Source: an uncultured cyanobacterium (GTDB taxonomy: Bacteria; Cyanobacteriota; Cyanobacteriia; Phormidesmidales; Phormidesmidaceae). From it: 64,000 nt of DNA. Below, piece after piece: positions 1 to 11,196 of this stretch (position 1 is its first letter; each line of letters opens with the position of its first letter). The position numbers and the translations under genes were made by a program. The notes under the pieces were generated by a model that had not been told where the DNA came from, searched no databases, and worked only from the letters and a program-made list of their open reading frames with translations. The DNA lies in the NCBI GenBank assembly GCA_963793265.1, contig CAWBZI010000001.1, positions 896,001 to 960,000 of the forward strand, given 5' to 3'.

Positions 1-35
1 ATATTACAGTGATTGGGCAAATTTTTAGAAAGTGA

Positions 36-797
<762 letters not shown>

Positions 798-842
798 GCC
801 TATTTTCTGATGGATATCAGCAGTTCACAACAGTAGGAAAGC

Positions 843-1172
843 GTGCCTCAAGAACCTTGGGAAGTTCGAAGATATGTAGATGAAAGAGGCGTACGACCTA
901 TCGAAGTGTGGTTATCAAAGCTGGACAAAAAAACTCAAACCAGAATTGAAGCTAGGCTAGATAGAATTATTGATGGTAATTTTGGAGATCACAAGCTCAT
1001 AGCTGAAGGATTGTATGAGCTGCGCTTCTTTTTTGGCCCCGGCTATCGGATTTACTATGCAGTTGTAGAAGAGCGAATAATTTTATTACTGGCAGGAGGA
1101 GATAAAAAGAGCCAGGCCAAAGACATTAAAATAGCAAAAATGATGTGGAACGATTACCAAGCTGACTCATAG
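843..1172 (+). CDS. Type II TA toxin, RelE/ParE family (HI1419-like addiction-module killer)
   Basis: GNFGDHK...GLYELRFFFGPGYRIYY...LLLAGGDKKSQAKDI signature; GTG start after AGGA. Confidence 0.88.
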   Translation: MPQEPWEVRRYVDERGVRPIEVWLSKLDKKTQTRIEARLDRIIDGNFGDHKLIAEGLYELRFFFGPGYRIYYAVVEERIILLLAGGDKKSQAKDIKIAKMMWNDYQADS

Positions 1173-1185
1173 GGAGCTTTGCTAC

Positions 1186-1491
1186 ATGCCTTCAGATAGC
1201 TATCACGAGAGCCATATAAAGAAGCTCCTAGATCCTGAATACTCGTCTTTGTACATAGAAACATCTTTAGAAGAGACGATTAAGGATAGGAATATTATGG
1301 CGTTTCTGCGAGCTTTGAGAAACGTTTTAGAAGCTGCTGACAGGAGGCAAACGACCGTTTCTGAAGTTTATCTGTTGAGAGAACACGTGTATCAAACACT
1401 GCTTAAAAAGCAAAACCTCACTGTCGAAGAGGCTGCTTTCGCTCTCAAAGAGGTTGGAATAATCCCTGAGGCGGGGCTTGTAGAGGCATAG
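1186..1491 (+). CDS. Putative cognate antitoxin (HI1420-like), divergent
   Basis: 13 nt downstream of the toxin; N-terminal SYH..I..L.DPE...Y....LEE and FLRALRNVLEA resemble cyanobacterial addiction-module antidotes. Confidence 0.65.
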   Translation: MPSDSYHESHIKKLLDPEYSSLYIETSLEETIKDRNIMAFLRALRNVLEAADRRQTTVSEVYLLREHVYQTLLKKQNLTVEEAAFALKEVGIIPEAGLVEA

Positions 1492-1625
1492 ATTAGCCGA
1501 TACGTTTAAGAAGAGTGTGTCTAGCCTCTGCTAAAGGAAGAGATAGGCGAAGGAAATGTTCATAGCACAACGTTAATTGTTACGATAGCTAAAAGCTAAT
1601 CAAGCGTAGGGCTACGCGATTTATT

Positions 1626-2789
1626 ATGGGCCGTGTTGGAGTTTTACTACTGAATTTGGGTGGGCCAGAAAAGCCGGAGGACGTTCAGCCCTTCTTGTTT
1701 AACCTATTTTCAGACCCAGAAATTATTCGTATTCCATTCCCAGCGCTGCAAAAGCCGCTAGCCTGGTTTATTTCTAGCCGCAGGGCGAAAACGTCGCAAG
1801 AAAACTATCAGCAAATCGGGGGCGGTTCGCCATTGCGGCGCATTACCGAAGAGCAGGGCGCGGCGCTGAAAACGAAGCTTAAGGAACGCGGCGAGGAGGC
1901 TGAGGTGTATGTGGGGATGCGCTACTGGCATCCTTTTACTGAAGAGGCGATCACTCAAATCAAAAAAGACAGCCTCGAAAAGCTTGTCGTACTCCCCCTC
2001 TACCCTCAATACTCCATCAGCACCAGTGGTTCTAGCTTTCGCCTGCTAGAGCAAATATGGCAAGACGATCCAAAACTCGCCCCGATTGATTACACGCTAA
2101 TCCCATCCTGGTATTCACGCCCCGGCTACATCAAGGCCATGGCGGGGCTGATTCGCACCGAGCTAGACAAGCTGCCTGAGCCCAATGGCGCGCATATTTT
2201 TTTCAGTGCGCACGGCGTACCCGTGAGCTATGTAGAGGAATTCGGCGATCCGTATCAAAAAGAGATTGAGCACTGCACTGATTTGATTATGCAGGAGCTG
2301 GGTCGCCCTAATAACTTCACGCTGGCCTATCAAAGCAGGGTCGGGCCGATTGAGTGGCTTCAGCCCTACACCGAAGACGCGATTGAGGGGCTAGCTGAGC
2401 AGGGCGTCGATGACCTGGTAGTGGTGCCGATTAGCTTTGTCTCTGAGCATATCGAGACGCTGCAAGAAATTGATATTGAGTATCGTGAGCTGGCAGAAGA
2501 AGCCGGTATTAAGGGCTTTCACCGGGTGCCTGCGCTGGATACGGATGAAACGTTTATTACTGATTTGGCCGATATGGTGGATGAGGCGCTTGAGGCTGAG
2601 CCTGTTCAGTTTTCGGATCTGGAAAAGCCTGAGAAGAAGGTGAAGATTTACCCACAGGATAAGTCTGCCTGGGGGATGACGCCGGTTGCGGAGGTGTGGA
2701 ATGGACGCTTTGCCATGTTAGGCTTTTTGGCTTTGCTAGCTGAGATCTTGATGGGCAAAGGGCCGCTGCATTCGATCGGACTACTGTAA
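1626..2789 (+). CDS. hemH: Ferrochelatase with C-terminal CAB/Hlip domain
   Basis: [28 protein letters not shown]-terminal [16 protein letters not shown] motif. Confidence 0.96.
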   Translation: MGRVGVLLLNLGGPEKPEDVQPFLFNLFSDPEIIRIPFPALQKPLAWFISSRRAKTSQENYQQIGGGSPLRRITEEQGAALKTKLKERGEEAEVYVGMRYWHPFTEEAITQIKKDSLEKLVVLPLYPQYSISTSGSSFRLLEQIWQDDPKLAPIDYTLIPSWYSRPGYIKAMAGLIRTELDKLPEPNGAHIFFSAHGVPVSYVEEFGDPYQKEIEHCTDLIMQELGRPNNFTLAYQSRVGPIEWLQPYTEDAIEGLAEQGVDDLVVVPISFVSEHIETLQEIDIEYRELAEEAGIKGFHRVPALDTDETFITDLADMVDEALEAEPVQFSDLEKPEKKVKIYPQDKSAWGMTPVAEVWNGRFAMLGFLALLAEILMGKGPLHSIGLL

Positions 2790-2813
2790 TTTTGAGAGAA
2801 GAGGACTGCTTGT

Positions 2814-3431
2814 ATGGAAGCTCAACCTAAACGCTCAATTTTTGGCGAATTTAGGCTGCAAATTACGGTATTGCTGAGCCTGGTTGCTTTGCTGTGGGCG
2901 ATAGAAGCTGTGGATTGGTTCGTCTTTCGAGGTGCTCTAGATCAGCTATTCGGCATTAGACCGCGTACGGCGGCTGGGCTATGGGGCATTTTGTTTGCGC
3001 CTTTTTTGCATGGAAGTTTTAGCCATCTGTTTGCTAATACCATCCCATTGGTGAGCCTGGGCTGGCTGGTGATGCTGCGTAAAACGAGCGACTGGTTTGC
3101 GGTGAGTGCGATCGCTGCTCTATGCAGTGGATTAGGCACCTGGCTCATCGGCGCATCCAACTCCACCCACATTGGCGCAAGCGGCGTTATTTTTGGATAC
3201 TTTGGCTTTTTACTGCTGCGAGGTTACTTTGAGCGTAGCTTTGTTGCGATCGTCTTCTCTGTCTTAGTCACCTTCCTATACGGCGGTATCATCTTAGGCA
3301 CCCTCCCTTTTTTCAACGCGCCAAACGTCTCTTGGGAAGGTCACCTTTTCGGCTTTATAGGCGGTGCTGTAGCGGCCTGGCTACTCGCTAAACCTAGTGT
3401 AAAAAATGAGAAGTCTATTGATTCTTGGTAG
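2814..3431 (+). CDS. Rhomboid-family intramembrane serine protease
   Basis: HGSFSHLFAN, GASG (catalytic Ser), GHLFG (catalytic His), multiple TM helices. Confidence 0.9.
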   Translation: MEAQPKRSIFGEFRLQITVLLSLVALLWAIEAVDWFVFRGALDQLFGIRPRTAAGLWGILFAPFLHGSFSHLFANTIPLVSLGWLVMLRKTSDWFAVSAIAALCSGLGTWLIGASNSTHIGASGVIFGYFGFLLLRGYFERSFVAIVFSVLVTFLYGGIILGTLPFFNAPNVSWEGHLFGFIGGAVAAWLLAKPSVKNEKSIDSW

Positions 3432-3460
3432 CTGATTCTGGGTGGCCAAGGCTCGCTGGC

Positions 3461-4618
3461 TCAACCTTCTGGCGTCAACCGGCGGCCTGGATCTAAAGTT
3501 TCTGCCACTGCCTCTGTCAAATAGCTCGCTGCGGCCTCTACGGCGGCGACTGCATTTTCATAGAGCATTCGCGTCGGGCCTAATACGCCTAAGCTACCGA
3601 CCGGGCCTGGGGCGCATCCGTATGTCGTGGTCACTAGCGCGCAGGTCTGCATAGGTTCAACTGGATTTTCTGCCCCAATCCAGATGCGTAAGCGCCGATG
3701 GCCTGAGCCGTCTTCATGGAAGAGGCGATCGCCTATCAAAGGAATACTTGCTTGCCCTTCAGCCGAGATTAGCGGCCATAGCTGATCGCGCCCGTCTTCT
3801 AAAAGCTGAACAATGCTACGAATTTGACTGCGTTCAGAAAATTCAGGCTGATCAAGCACTTCAGCTAGGCCGCTGACGAGAATCTGGGTAGCTGGATTTT
3901 TATGCGATCGCCTCGCCAATCCCACCATCGCCTGCTGCAAATCGCCTGCTAAATCCACCGCGTACTGATAAAACGCCTGGTCAAGATCAGTCCAGTTAAG
4001 GGCCACATCACGCAGCGATCGCCCCTTCAACTGCTCAGTCAAAAAATTAGACAATATTTGCAGCTCAGAGTCGCTAGCCGCTTGAGACTCATCTGCACTC
4101 ACCATTGGATGCGGCATCAGAATCGAATGATTCGTATGCGTGTCAATCACCACCAGCAGCAGTTGCTCATCGCTCACTCGAACGAGCTGCAAATGCTTGA
4201 TTTTTGCCTCGTTTCGCTGCGGCATCGTCACCAGCGCGATATGACCGCTCAAGCTCGCAAGCACCTGCGCTGACTCTTGCAATAGCGCCTCCATGACTTG
4301 CCCGTCCCAATTCAACCGCTGGCCGACAGTGCCTTTTATCTGCTGAGCCATCTGCTCAGTGAGCGGCCCGGAAGGCGTCATCAGCTCGTTCACATAGGCG
4401 CGATACCCCGAGTCTGAGGGAATGCGTCCAGCAGAAGTGTGTGGCTGATACAGCAGACCTGAGTCTTCTAGCGCACCCATTACATTGCGAATAGTCGCTG
4501 AGCTAACTTTAAGGTCATAGCCGCTCACCAACGACTTAGAGCCTACGGGCTCTGCGGTGCTTACGTAGTGGCGTACCGTTGCCCGCAGAATGTTCTGTTG
4601 TCTGGGGTTAAGCTTCAT
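3461..4618 (-). CDS. hrcA: Heat-inducible transcription repressor
   Basis: AEPVGSK, SSATIRN, QPHTSAGRIPSDSGYR, GVLGPTRM. Confidence 0.95.
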   Translation of the reverse strand: MKLNPRQQNILRATVRHYVSTAEPVGSKSLVSGYDLKVSSATIRNVMGALEDSGLLYQPHTSAGRIPSDSGYRAYVNELMTPSGPLTEQMAQQIKGTVGQRLNWDGQVMEALLQESAQVLASLSGHIALVTMPQRNEAKIKHLQLVRVSDEQLLLVVIDTHTNHSILMPHPMVSADESQAASDSELQILSNFLTEQLKGRSLRDVALNWTDLDQAFYQYAVDLAGDLQQAMVGLARRSHKNPATQILVSGLAEVLDQPEFSERSQIRSIVQLLEDGRDQLWPLISAEGQASIPLIGDRLFHEDGSGHRRLRIWIGAENPVEPMQTCALVTTTYGCAPGPVGSLGVLGPTRMLYENAVAAVEAAASYLTEAVAETLDPGRRLTPEG

Positions 4619-4856
4619 GCATGCATTGCCTATTAATGCCTGTCTTAATTGTGCACTACCTTAACCGATTGTTAAGTCCGATGACTGTAACGATTAAGGC
4701 AAAACGATCCCCGATTATGAAGCGCTATAAAAGGGTTGTCACGATGTTGTGTGAGTAATGTTCGGCAATATTCTCAATATCCTGGTAAATTCAGAGAGTT
4801 GCGGTAACGCTCATGCATCGTTGTTGTAACGCTCTTAGCCAGGTTATGCCGACATC

Positions 4857-5954
4857 ATGTCTGACCTTCCTTTTACCCTCGATCAGCTCCGAATTTTAAA
4901 GGCCATTGCTGCCGAGGGTAGCTTTAAGCGCGCTGCCGACAGCTTGTATGTGTCTCAGCCTGCGGTGAGCTTGCAGGTGCAAAATTTAGAGCGATCGCTC
5001 GCGGTTCCACTATTCGACAGAGGCGGACGCCGCGCCCAGCTTACCGAAGCCGGGCATTTGCTTTTAGAATATGGCGATCGCATCCTCAGCCTTTGCCAAG
5101 AAACCTGCCGCGCCATTGAAGATCTGCAAAATCTTCAGGGCGGTACCCTGATCGTAGGCGCGAGCCAAACCACCGGCACCTACCTGCTGCCGCGCATGAT
5201 CGGTCAGTTTCGCCAGCGCTATCCAGACGTGGCCGTACAGCTCCACGTTCACTCCACTCGCCGCACCGCTTGGGCTGTGGCCAACGGTCAGATAGATTTG
5301 GCTATTATCGGCGGCGAACTGCCGCCTGAGCTACAGGAGTCCTTAGAAATCGCGCCCTATGCCGAAGACGAACTAGCGCTGATTATGCCAGTGTTTCATC
5401 CGCTTGCCACCAGCGAAGTGATTGCCCGCAGCGATTTGTATAAGCTGAAATTTATTACCCTCGACTCGCAATCGACTATTCGCAAGGTGATCGATCAGGT
5501 GCTAACGCGCGGCGGCATTGAAACCCGCAGGCTGCGTATAGAAATGGAGCTAAACTCGATTGAAGCAATTAAAAATGCAGTTCAATCAGGCTTAGGTGTT
5601 TCGTTTGTCTCTACCTCTGCGATTGAAAAAGAGCTGCAAATGGGCGTTATTCACCGCGCTCGGATTGAATCGGTAGAAGTCACGCGAACGCTCTCCGTTA
5701 TCTTTAACCCCAATCGCTATCGCTCAAAGGCAGCAGAGGCGTTCACGAAAGAAATTCTGCCGCAGTTTACAAACCGGGAGCTAGCGTTCACAAAGGCCAG
5801 CTCAAAGGCTTCTAAAATGAATGGGAAAGCGGTAATTGCAAAAGCCGCGGCTGACAGCAAAGCGGCGGCCAGTGCAACCACCAAAGGATCGTCTATGAAG
5901 CTTTCTGAGTCAGTCAATGGCGTCACGAAAGCAGCGGTTGATGCAGACGCATAA
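4857..5954 (+). CDS. rbcR: LysR-family regulator, RbcR/Ycf30 type
   Basis: [39 protein letters not shown]-terminus typical of Ycf30; LysR substrate domain. Confidence 0.85.
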   Translation: MSDLPFTLDQLRILKAIAAEGSFKRAADSLYVSQPAVSLQVQNLERSLAVPLFDRGGRRAQLTEAGHLLLEYGDRILSLCQETCRAIEDLQNLQGGTLIVGASQTTGTYLLPRMIGQFRQRYPDVAVQLHVHSTRRTAWAVANGQIDLAIIGGELPPELQESLEIAPYAEDELALIMPVFHPLATSEVIARSDLYKLKFITLDSQSTIRKVIDQVLTRGGIETRRLRIEMELNSIEAIKNAVQSGLGVSFVSTSAIEKELQMGVIHRARIESVEVTRTLSVIFNPNRYRSKAAEAFTKEILPQFTNRELAFTKASSKASKMNGKAVIAKAAADSKAAASATTKGSSMKLSESVNGVTKAAVDADA

Positions 5955-6031
5955 TGCGTTTGTTTGCCAAACTCTTTATATCGCTGTAAGACAGCCGTAG
6001 TGTTTGCCCCGTTTGACGCTAAAATCGCCCC

Positions 6032-7438
6032 ATGCAACTGCACTGCACCCGTCCAAATTGCCCTAATCCGCTCAATAGCTTCCCCAGCCTCGATAATCCC
6101 AAACTTCCCAGGCCGCTGAAGCAGAAGTATTGCAGCGCCTGCCGCATGGAGCTAATTTTGGGCGGTCGCTACCTGCCTATGAGCGTACTAGGTAAGGGTG
6201 GATTCGGCACTGCTTTTTTAGCCCGCGATTTTGATTCTCCCACCAAGCGAAACTGCGTTGTCAAATTATTTCAGCCACCAGTGACGCTTACGGCTACGCA
6301 GATGGCGACTGCCCAACGGCTATTTGGCACTGAGGCTGAGGTTCTAGAACGCCTCGGCTTGCTACACCCTCAAATTCCTAACCTGTACGCTTACTTTCCG
6401 CTGCTGATTACCAACCCGCTGACGAATCAGACAGAAGAACTGTTTTATCTGGTGCAGGAGTTTGTAGATGGCGAAGATCTGGAGAAAGTTTTAGAGCGTG
6501 ACGGCAAGTTTTCGGAAGCAGCCGTGACTGAAGTGCTTAGAGAAATGCTGGGCGTGTTGGACTTTGTGCACAACAAAGGAGCCATTCATCGCGACGTGAA
6601 GCCCTCGAATATTATGAAGGGGCGAGATGGGCGGCTGTCGCTGCTCGACTTTGGCGCGGTGAAAGAAGTGACGGCCCCGTCAGGCGTACAGCGCGGGCCA
6701 ACGACCATTTGCTCGCCAGACTATGCCCCACCAGAGCAGATTATGAATGGGGTCGTAGATCCTAGCTCGGATCTGTATGCGTTGGCAGCCACCTGCGTTG
6801 TGCTGCTGACCAACATGAGTTCTAGTGAGCTGCGCGATAGTTCGACAAATAGCTGGCGGTGGCATTCTCACACGCAGGTATCTGCGCCACTATCTCAGGT
6901 GCTCGATAAAATGCTGATGGCGCGTCCGAGCGATCGCTATCCCACTGCCAAAGCCGTCTTATCGGCCCTCCCATCACCAGGAAAAACCATCGGCTGGCCC
7001 CCACCTCTGCTACCAACGCCAACGCCAAAACCTGTGCCAAAACCCGTGCCACCTCAAACGCAGGCTGCGCCTTCGCCACCTATGCCACTGATGCAGTTTT
7101 TGAGCAGTGCGGCTTTTTTAGGATCAGAAGCGGGGTTGTTGGCAATCGCAACGTTCAGCCTAGCCACGGCTGGGACGGTTCTTGTGGGCGGCGGCGTCTG
7201 GATTGCAATGATTGCGATGCTGACGTTTCTACAGCTTCGTCGCGTTATTGAAGGCTGGGACTTTTTGATTATTGCCGGGCTGACGCTGGTTGCGGTAGTT
7301 CTATTTGCCCCGCTCAATAGCCTGCTAAACGGTAACTTATTAACTATCTTGGTGATTGCGGTAGTCTCTGCAGGTGTCGCGGTTGCGATCGCTGTTCTTT
7401 TCCGCCTTATCTTTGGCTTAGTCTCTCGTATTATGTGA
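6032..7438 (+). CDS. Hanks-type Ser/Thr kinase with N-terminal Cys4 zinc ribbon, Pro-rich linker and C-terminal TM helices
   Basis: CTRPNC...CSAC; GKGGFG, HRDVKPSN, DFG; hydrophobic C-terminus. Confidence 0.92.
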   Translation: MQLHCTRPNCPNPLNSFPSLDNPKLPRPLKQKYCSACRMELILGGRYLPMSVLGKGGFGTAFLARDFDSPTKRNCVVKLFQPPVTLTATQMATAQRLFGTEAEVLERLGLLHPQIPNLYAYFPLLITNPLTNQTEELFYLVQEFVDGEDLEKVLERDGKFSEAAVTEVLREMLGVLDFVHNKGAIHRDVKPSNIMKGRDGRLSLLDFGAVKEVTAPSGVQRGPTTICSPDYAPPEQIMNGVVDPSSDLYALAATCVVLLTNMSSSELRDSSTNSWRWHSHTQVSAPLSQVLDKMLMARPSDRYPTAKAVLSALPSPGKTIGWPPPLLPTPTPKPVPKPVPPQTQAAPSPPMPLMQFLSSAAFLGSEAGLLAIATFSLATAGTVLVGGGVWIAMIAMLTFLQLRRVIEGWDFLIIAGLTLVAVVLFAPLNSLLNGNLLTILVIAVVSAGVAVAIAVLFRLIFGLVSRIM

Positions 7439-7460
7439 TTTATATATAAAAACGGTTTAC

Positions 7461-8885
7461 TTGCCTCCTATGTCTAAACGAAACGAGCTACCTGCTCTAA
7501 TTGCAACTTTACTTATCACATCTGCCTTGATAGGCGGCGGCGCATGGTGGCTTATAAACCAACTAGACGGGAGCGGCATTGATATTCCAACTGCAGGTGA
7601 GCGAGCCCAGCCTGATAGCGAGGATCGAACGTCTTTGGCTGGTGCTGACGGCAGTTCAGGGCAATCGATTCTGCCCGGTTCTACTTCTGAAGCAAAGCAA
7701 AACGGACTTGATGCGCTAGCGACTAGAGACTATGCAACGGCTCAAACAGAATTTGAAGCGGCGCTTGCAGAAAACCGTAACGATCCTGAGTCCCTTGTCT
7801 ATCTCAATAACGCCAAAATTGGTGATGCGCCCGCTTACGAGGTGGCAGTTTCAGTGCCCGCAGGAAAAGTTGTCGATCCGGCACTAGAGATACTCAGAGG
7901 GGTTGCCCAGGCACAGCTAGATATCAATGCAGCAGGCGGCATTGATGGAACGCCGCTAAAATTATTGCTGGTAGATGACGAGGGCAGCGAAGAGAGAGCT
8001 AAAGAACTTGCGTCCGAGTTAGTTGTGAATGAAAGTGTTTTAGGCGTGGTGGGTCACTTTTCAAGTGATACGACGTTAGCGGCAGCTGAGGTTTATGAGG
8101 CCAATGGGTTGACGATGATTTCGCCGACGAGCACGGCTGTGAAGATTACCGATGCGGGCGACTATATTTTTCGCACGGTGCCGAGCGATCGCTTAGCCTC
8201 TGCTACATTAGCCCGCTACGTCGTAAACGAGCTGAACAAGCAAAAAGCTGCTGTCTTCTACAGTTCTAAAAGCACCTACAGCCGTTCAGTAAAAGCAGAG
8301 TTCGCCACTGAGCTACTCAGCAATAACGGCGAAGTTGTGGCTGAATTTGATATTGATGAGACTGGATTTAGCGCGGGCAGAGCCGTACAAGAGGCCAAAG
8401 ACGCAGGCGCAGAGATCATTATGATGGCGCTGACTGTAGCTACTGTAGACACATCAATTCAGGTCATAAATGTGAATCAGGGGGAGCTGCCCTTGGTAGG
8501 TAGTGATGGGCTCTACAATCCTAAGGTGCTAGACGTGGGTCGTAAAAACGCTGAGGGACTAACCATCGCCGTGCCCTGGCATGTCTTGAGCCACGAAGGA
8601 AGCCCTTTTGTCACTGAGTCGCTGGAACTATGGGGTGGCGTTGTCAGCTGGCGCACTGCAACTGCTTACGATGCCGTAAAATCTTTGGCTGCTGCGATCG
8701 CACAAGCGCCAACTCGTGATGGGGTGCAATCGGCTCTATCGACCTCTGGATTTAACGTTGAAGGGGCAACGGACGCAGTGAAGTTTTTCCCAGCGTCGGG
8801 CGATCGCAATCAGCCCTCTCAACTGGTAAAGGTAGTCCCTGGTGGTGCTGCTGGCGGCGAGTATACCTATGAGCCTATCCAGTGA
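7461..8885 (+). CDS. Membrane-anchored type 1 periplasmic binding protein (LivJ/branched-chain amino acid-like) with TPR-like helix pair
   Basis: N-terminal TM; DPESLVYLNNA; GVVGHFSSD, ISPTSTA, YIFRTVPSD; start uncertain (TTG 7461 or ATG 7470). Confidence 0.85.
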   Translation: MPPMSKRNELPALIATLLITSALIGGGAWWLINQLDGSGIDIPTAGERAQPDSEDRTSLAGADGSSGQSILPGSTSEAKQNGLDALATRDYATAQTEFEAALAENRNDPESLVYLNNAKIGDAPAYEVAVSVPAGKVVDPALEILRGVAQAQLDINAAGGIDGTPLKLLLVDDEGSEERAKELASELVVNESVLGVVGHFSSDTTLAAAEVYEANGLTMISPTSTAVKITDAGDYIFRTVPSDRLASATLARYVVNELNKQKAAVFYSSKSTYSRSVKAEFATELLSNNGEVVAEFDIDETGFSAGRAVQEAKDAGAEIIMMALTVATVDTSIQVINVNQGELPLVGSDGLYNPKVLDVGRKNAEGLTIAVPWHVLSHEGSPFVTESLELWGGVVSWRTATAYDAVKSLAAAIAQAPTRDGVQSALSTSGFNVEGATDAVKFFPASGDRNQPSQLVKVVPGGAAGGEYTYEPIQ

Positions 8886-9045
8886 GCCTGATGTTTGGCC
8901 TGAGGGCGACGTGACAGCTCGTAAAACACTCGAGCGGCTCACTAGCACAAGGCGAAAGACAGTTCGTACAGCAGCTCGCTTTGCACCATATCAATCATAT
9001 CTGGCACTACACATGTGGCGGCATGTAGATGCCAAGCCAGATTGA
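8884..9045 (+). pseudogene. C-terminal remnant of an AlkA-like DNA-3-methyladenine glycosylase
   Basis: EPDVWPEGDV...AARFAPYQSYLALHMWR matches the HhH-GPD C-terminus (D.WP.GD; PY.SY.A..LW); no N-terminal part or credible start. Confidence 0.65.
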
Positions 9046-9087
9046 AAGACTTCACAAGACCAAAAGACCTCAAAAGACCTGATCGGC

Positions 9088-10467
9088 TCAGCCGCCAAAC
9101 CCCGACTTCTTCGCCTTTGCTTTCTTCTTAGAGCCCTTCGGCTTCTCAGTCTTTCCGACAGCCTGCACCGCTTCTTGAAACAGGTTATGCAAATGCACTG
9201 GCACGCTCGCACTCTCAGGTAGCTCAGGCGTCAAAGGCTTTCCGTACCGCGCTAGCACGCCGTTCAAATCCGTCTCTATATCAAGCTGAGGCTGATTAAC
9301 CACCCGACGCAGTGATGCCTCAACAGGTGCGGCATGAGCCTCTACAATCTGCTGCCATACATAAGCATTCACCTGCTCATCTTCTAGATACTTCAGCACC
9401 ATGCGATCAAGGTTTGCCGCTGCATCCGTATTGCCCGGCTCATCGGCGAGCCTTTCTTCAAAGCGACTGTAGTCCTTGAGCAGCATTTGCCCCCACCGGG
9501 GATGCACAAACACCGTTACAGCCTCAGCATTGCGAAACTCATCCGGCAAGCTGGCCTTTGGCATCACCATTTTGAGCGCCTTTGAGCTTTTCAGCAGAGC
9601 CTTAGCAGCCGTACTTTCCTCACCCAAAGAATCCATTGCATCAGCGACTTCCGCCTCAGAAAGCCCAGCGTCTTTAGCCATCTCCCCTAGAGACTTTGAG
9701 CTATCAATTCCGGCATCTGTCAACTGCTGCTCGGTGTTCTTTTCTTGATATATCTGAAACTTTTTGTTGAGTTCATAGCCTGATAGCGTTACCTGCTCGC
9801 CGCCAAAAAGGTCTACAAAGTCCTCATACTGCTGCTTCACAGACGCCCAAGCGGCCTCTTTCAGCTCGGGAGCATCGCCATACAAGTGCTGGGGAAACCA
9901 CTTTTTGAAGTTACCAATCGCAACGGCCAGCTTAGGCTTACCTAGCTTACCCAGTAGCGTAATTGGCCCCGAAAAAGTCCAGGCTGCCTGAGGTTCTGTG
10001 CTCAACGGCATCAGCCGACCTAACACGATCTCTTTAGGACTAATACGGGCCAGTAGCTCAGGATTCTGTGAAGGGTCGGGCCAAACGCTATACGCCTTGT
10101 CAGTTAGCCAGTTTACCAATACGTAGCTACCTTCGCCTACGCTACGCACCACAAATAGGCCGTTAAAACTTCCCTTCCAGCTTTGCAGCCGAGATTCATC
10201 GGCGGGCGATAGCGTCCTATCAGCGCGCGCAAACACATCAATCACACTAGAATCTGCGACCTTACCCTCAGTGAGAAACATATCAATAGCGAGCGCGCTA
10301 CGATTGAGCCCAGATAGGCTAGGCTTCGACCATCGGCTCAACTGCTCGGCGCTAAAAGTTTCTAGGGCAGTTGCGATCTCTCCTTCTGCATCTAAAACGA
10401 AGTCAGTCAAAGACTCTTTGAGTCTCATATCACTAACGAGGGCACTCGCTGCCTGCTTATCTACCAT
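9088..10467 (-). CDS. Hypothetical protein (cyanobacterial type)
   Basis: 459-aa ORF with Lys-rich ...KSGFGG C-terminus; no function recognised. Confidence 0.8.
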   Translation of the reverse strand: MVDKQAASALVSDMRLKESLTDFVLDAEGEIATALETFSAEQLSRWSKPSLSGLNRSALAIDMFLTEGKVADSSVIDVFARADRTLSPADESRLQSWKGSFNGLFVVRSVGEGSYVLVNWLTDKAYSVWPDPSQNPELLARISPKEIVLGRLMPLSTEPQAAWTFSGPITLLGKLGKPKLAVAIGNFKKWFPQHLYGDAPELKEAAWASVKQQYEDFVDLFGGEQVTLSGYELNKKFQIYQEKNTEQQLTDAGIDSSKSLGEMAKDAGLSEAEVADAMDSLGEESTAAKALLKSSKALKMVMPKASLPDEFRNAEAVTVFVHPRWGQMLLKDYSRFEERLADEPGNTDAAANLDRMVLKYLEDEQVNAYVWQQIVEAHAAPVEASLRRVVNQPQLDIETDLNGVLARYGKPLTPELPESASVPVHLHNLFQEAVQAVGKTEKPKGSKKKAKAKKSGFGG

Positions 10468-10520
10468 TCGCTTTCGACGGATCTCCTACGACTTTTTAAT
10501 ACGTTTTCTGATGCAAAATA

Positions 10521-10558
10521 CAAAAATAGGCCAATCGAGCATACACCCGATTGGCCTA
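10521..10558 (-). terminator. Intrinsic terminator after the GlsB/YeaQ gene
   Basis: Stem TAGGCCAATCG/CGATTGGCCTA followed by TTTTTG on the minus strand. Confidence 0.7.
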
Positions 10559-10589
10559 GTCTTTTTCTAAAATCTCTCTAAATTAAGAT

Positions 10590-10853
10590 CTATGCTGTGC
10601 GCTTTGTAACAGCGTAGTAGATGAAGAGGGTTAAGATTGCGCCGAGTACGGCAACGATGACGCTACCTATGCTGAAGGTTGCCGCTACGCCGCCGCCTAT
10701 CAGTGAATACAAGAAGCCACCTACGAACGCACCAATAATACCTAAGATCATGGTGCCTAAAATACCAAGACCCTGATCACCAGGGTAGATAGCACGAGCG
10801 ATCGCGCCAGAGATTAAGCCTAATACAGCCCAAGCGATGAGATTGCCTATCAT
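10590..10853 (-). CDS. GlsB/YeaQ/YmgE-family (transglycosylase-associated) small membrane protein
   Basis: GLISGAIARAIYPG...LGIIGAFVGG...AVLGAIL pattern. Confidence 0.88.
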   Translation of the reverse strand: MIGNLIAWAVLGLISGAIARAIYPGDQGLGILGTMILGIIGAFVGGFLYSLIGGGVAATFSIGSVIVAVLGAILTLFIYYAVTKRTA

Positions 10854-11196
10854 GTGTTTTTCTCCGAATGTGTTGACCAGAAAAGCCCAAACTTAGGCAT
10901 TTCCTTCTGTGTGATTCCACTCTACCGGAACAGAAACTAATCTCAACCCCTCGCAAGAAATAGGACACCCTATACCGTCTGTATGATTTATAACAAAGCC
11001 GTGAGAATCAGTAGGGTTATCCAGGTTCGTTAACTTCGGTTGAGAGCGGTCTGATGGATAACTTACTCAACGCAAGAGCAAACCTGAGCCGTTGCACTTC
11101 AATTTTTAACTTCCACTAAGGGAGGATAGTTTTGATCCCAATTCAGAGTAGTGTTGTAATACTGCATTATTTTTGTTTCAAAAGAGGACAACTTAC

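Noticed and set aside
4618..4857. CIRCE element upstream of hrcA
   Set aside because: No TTAGCACTC-N9-GAGTGCTAA found; a lone half-site near 44008 also lacks its partner
8842..9045. 67-aa ORF as a functional gene
   Set aside because: Start lies inside the upstream gene; better explained as an AlkA remnant
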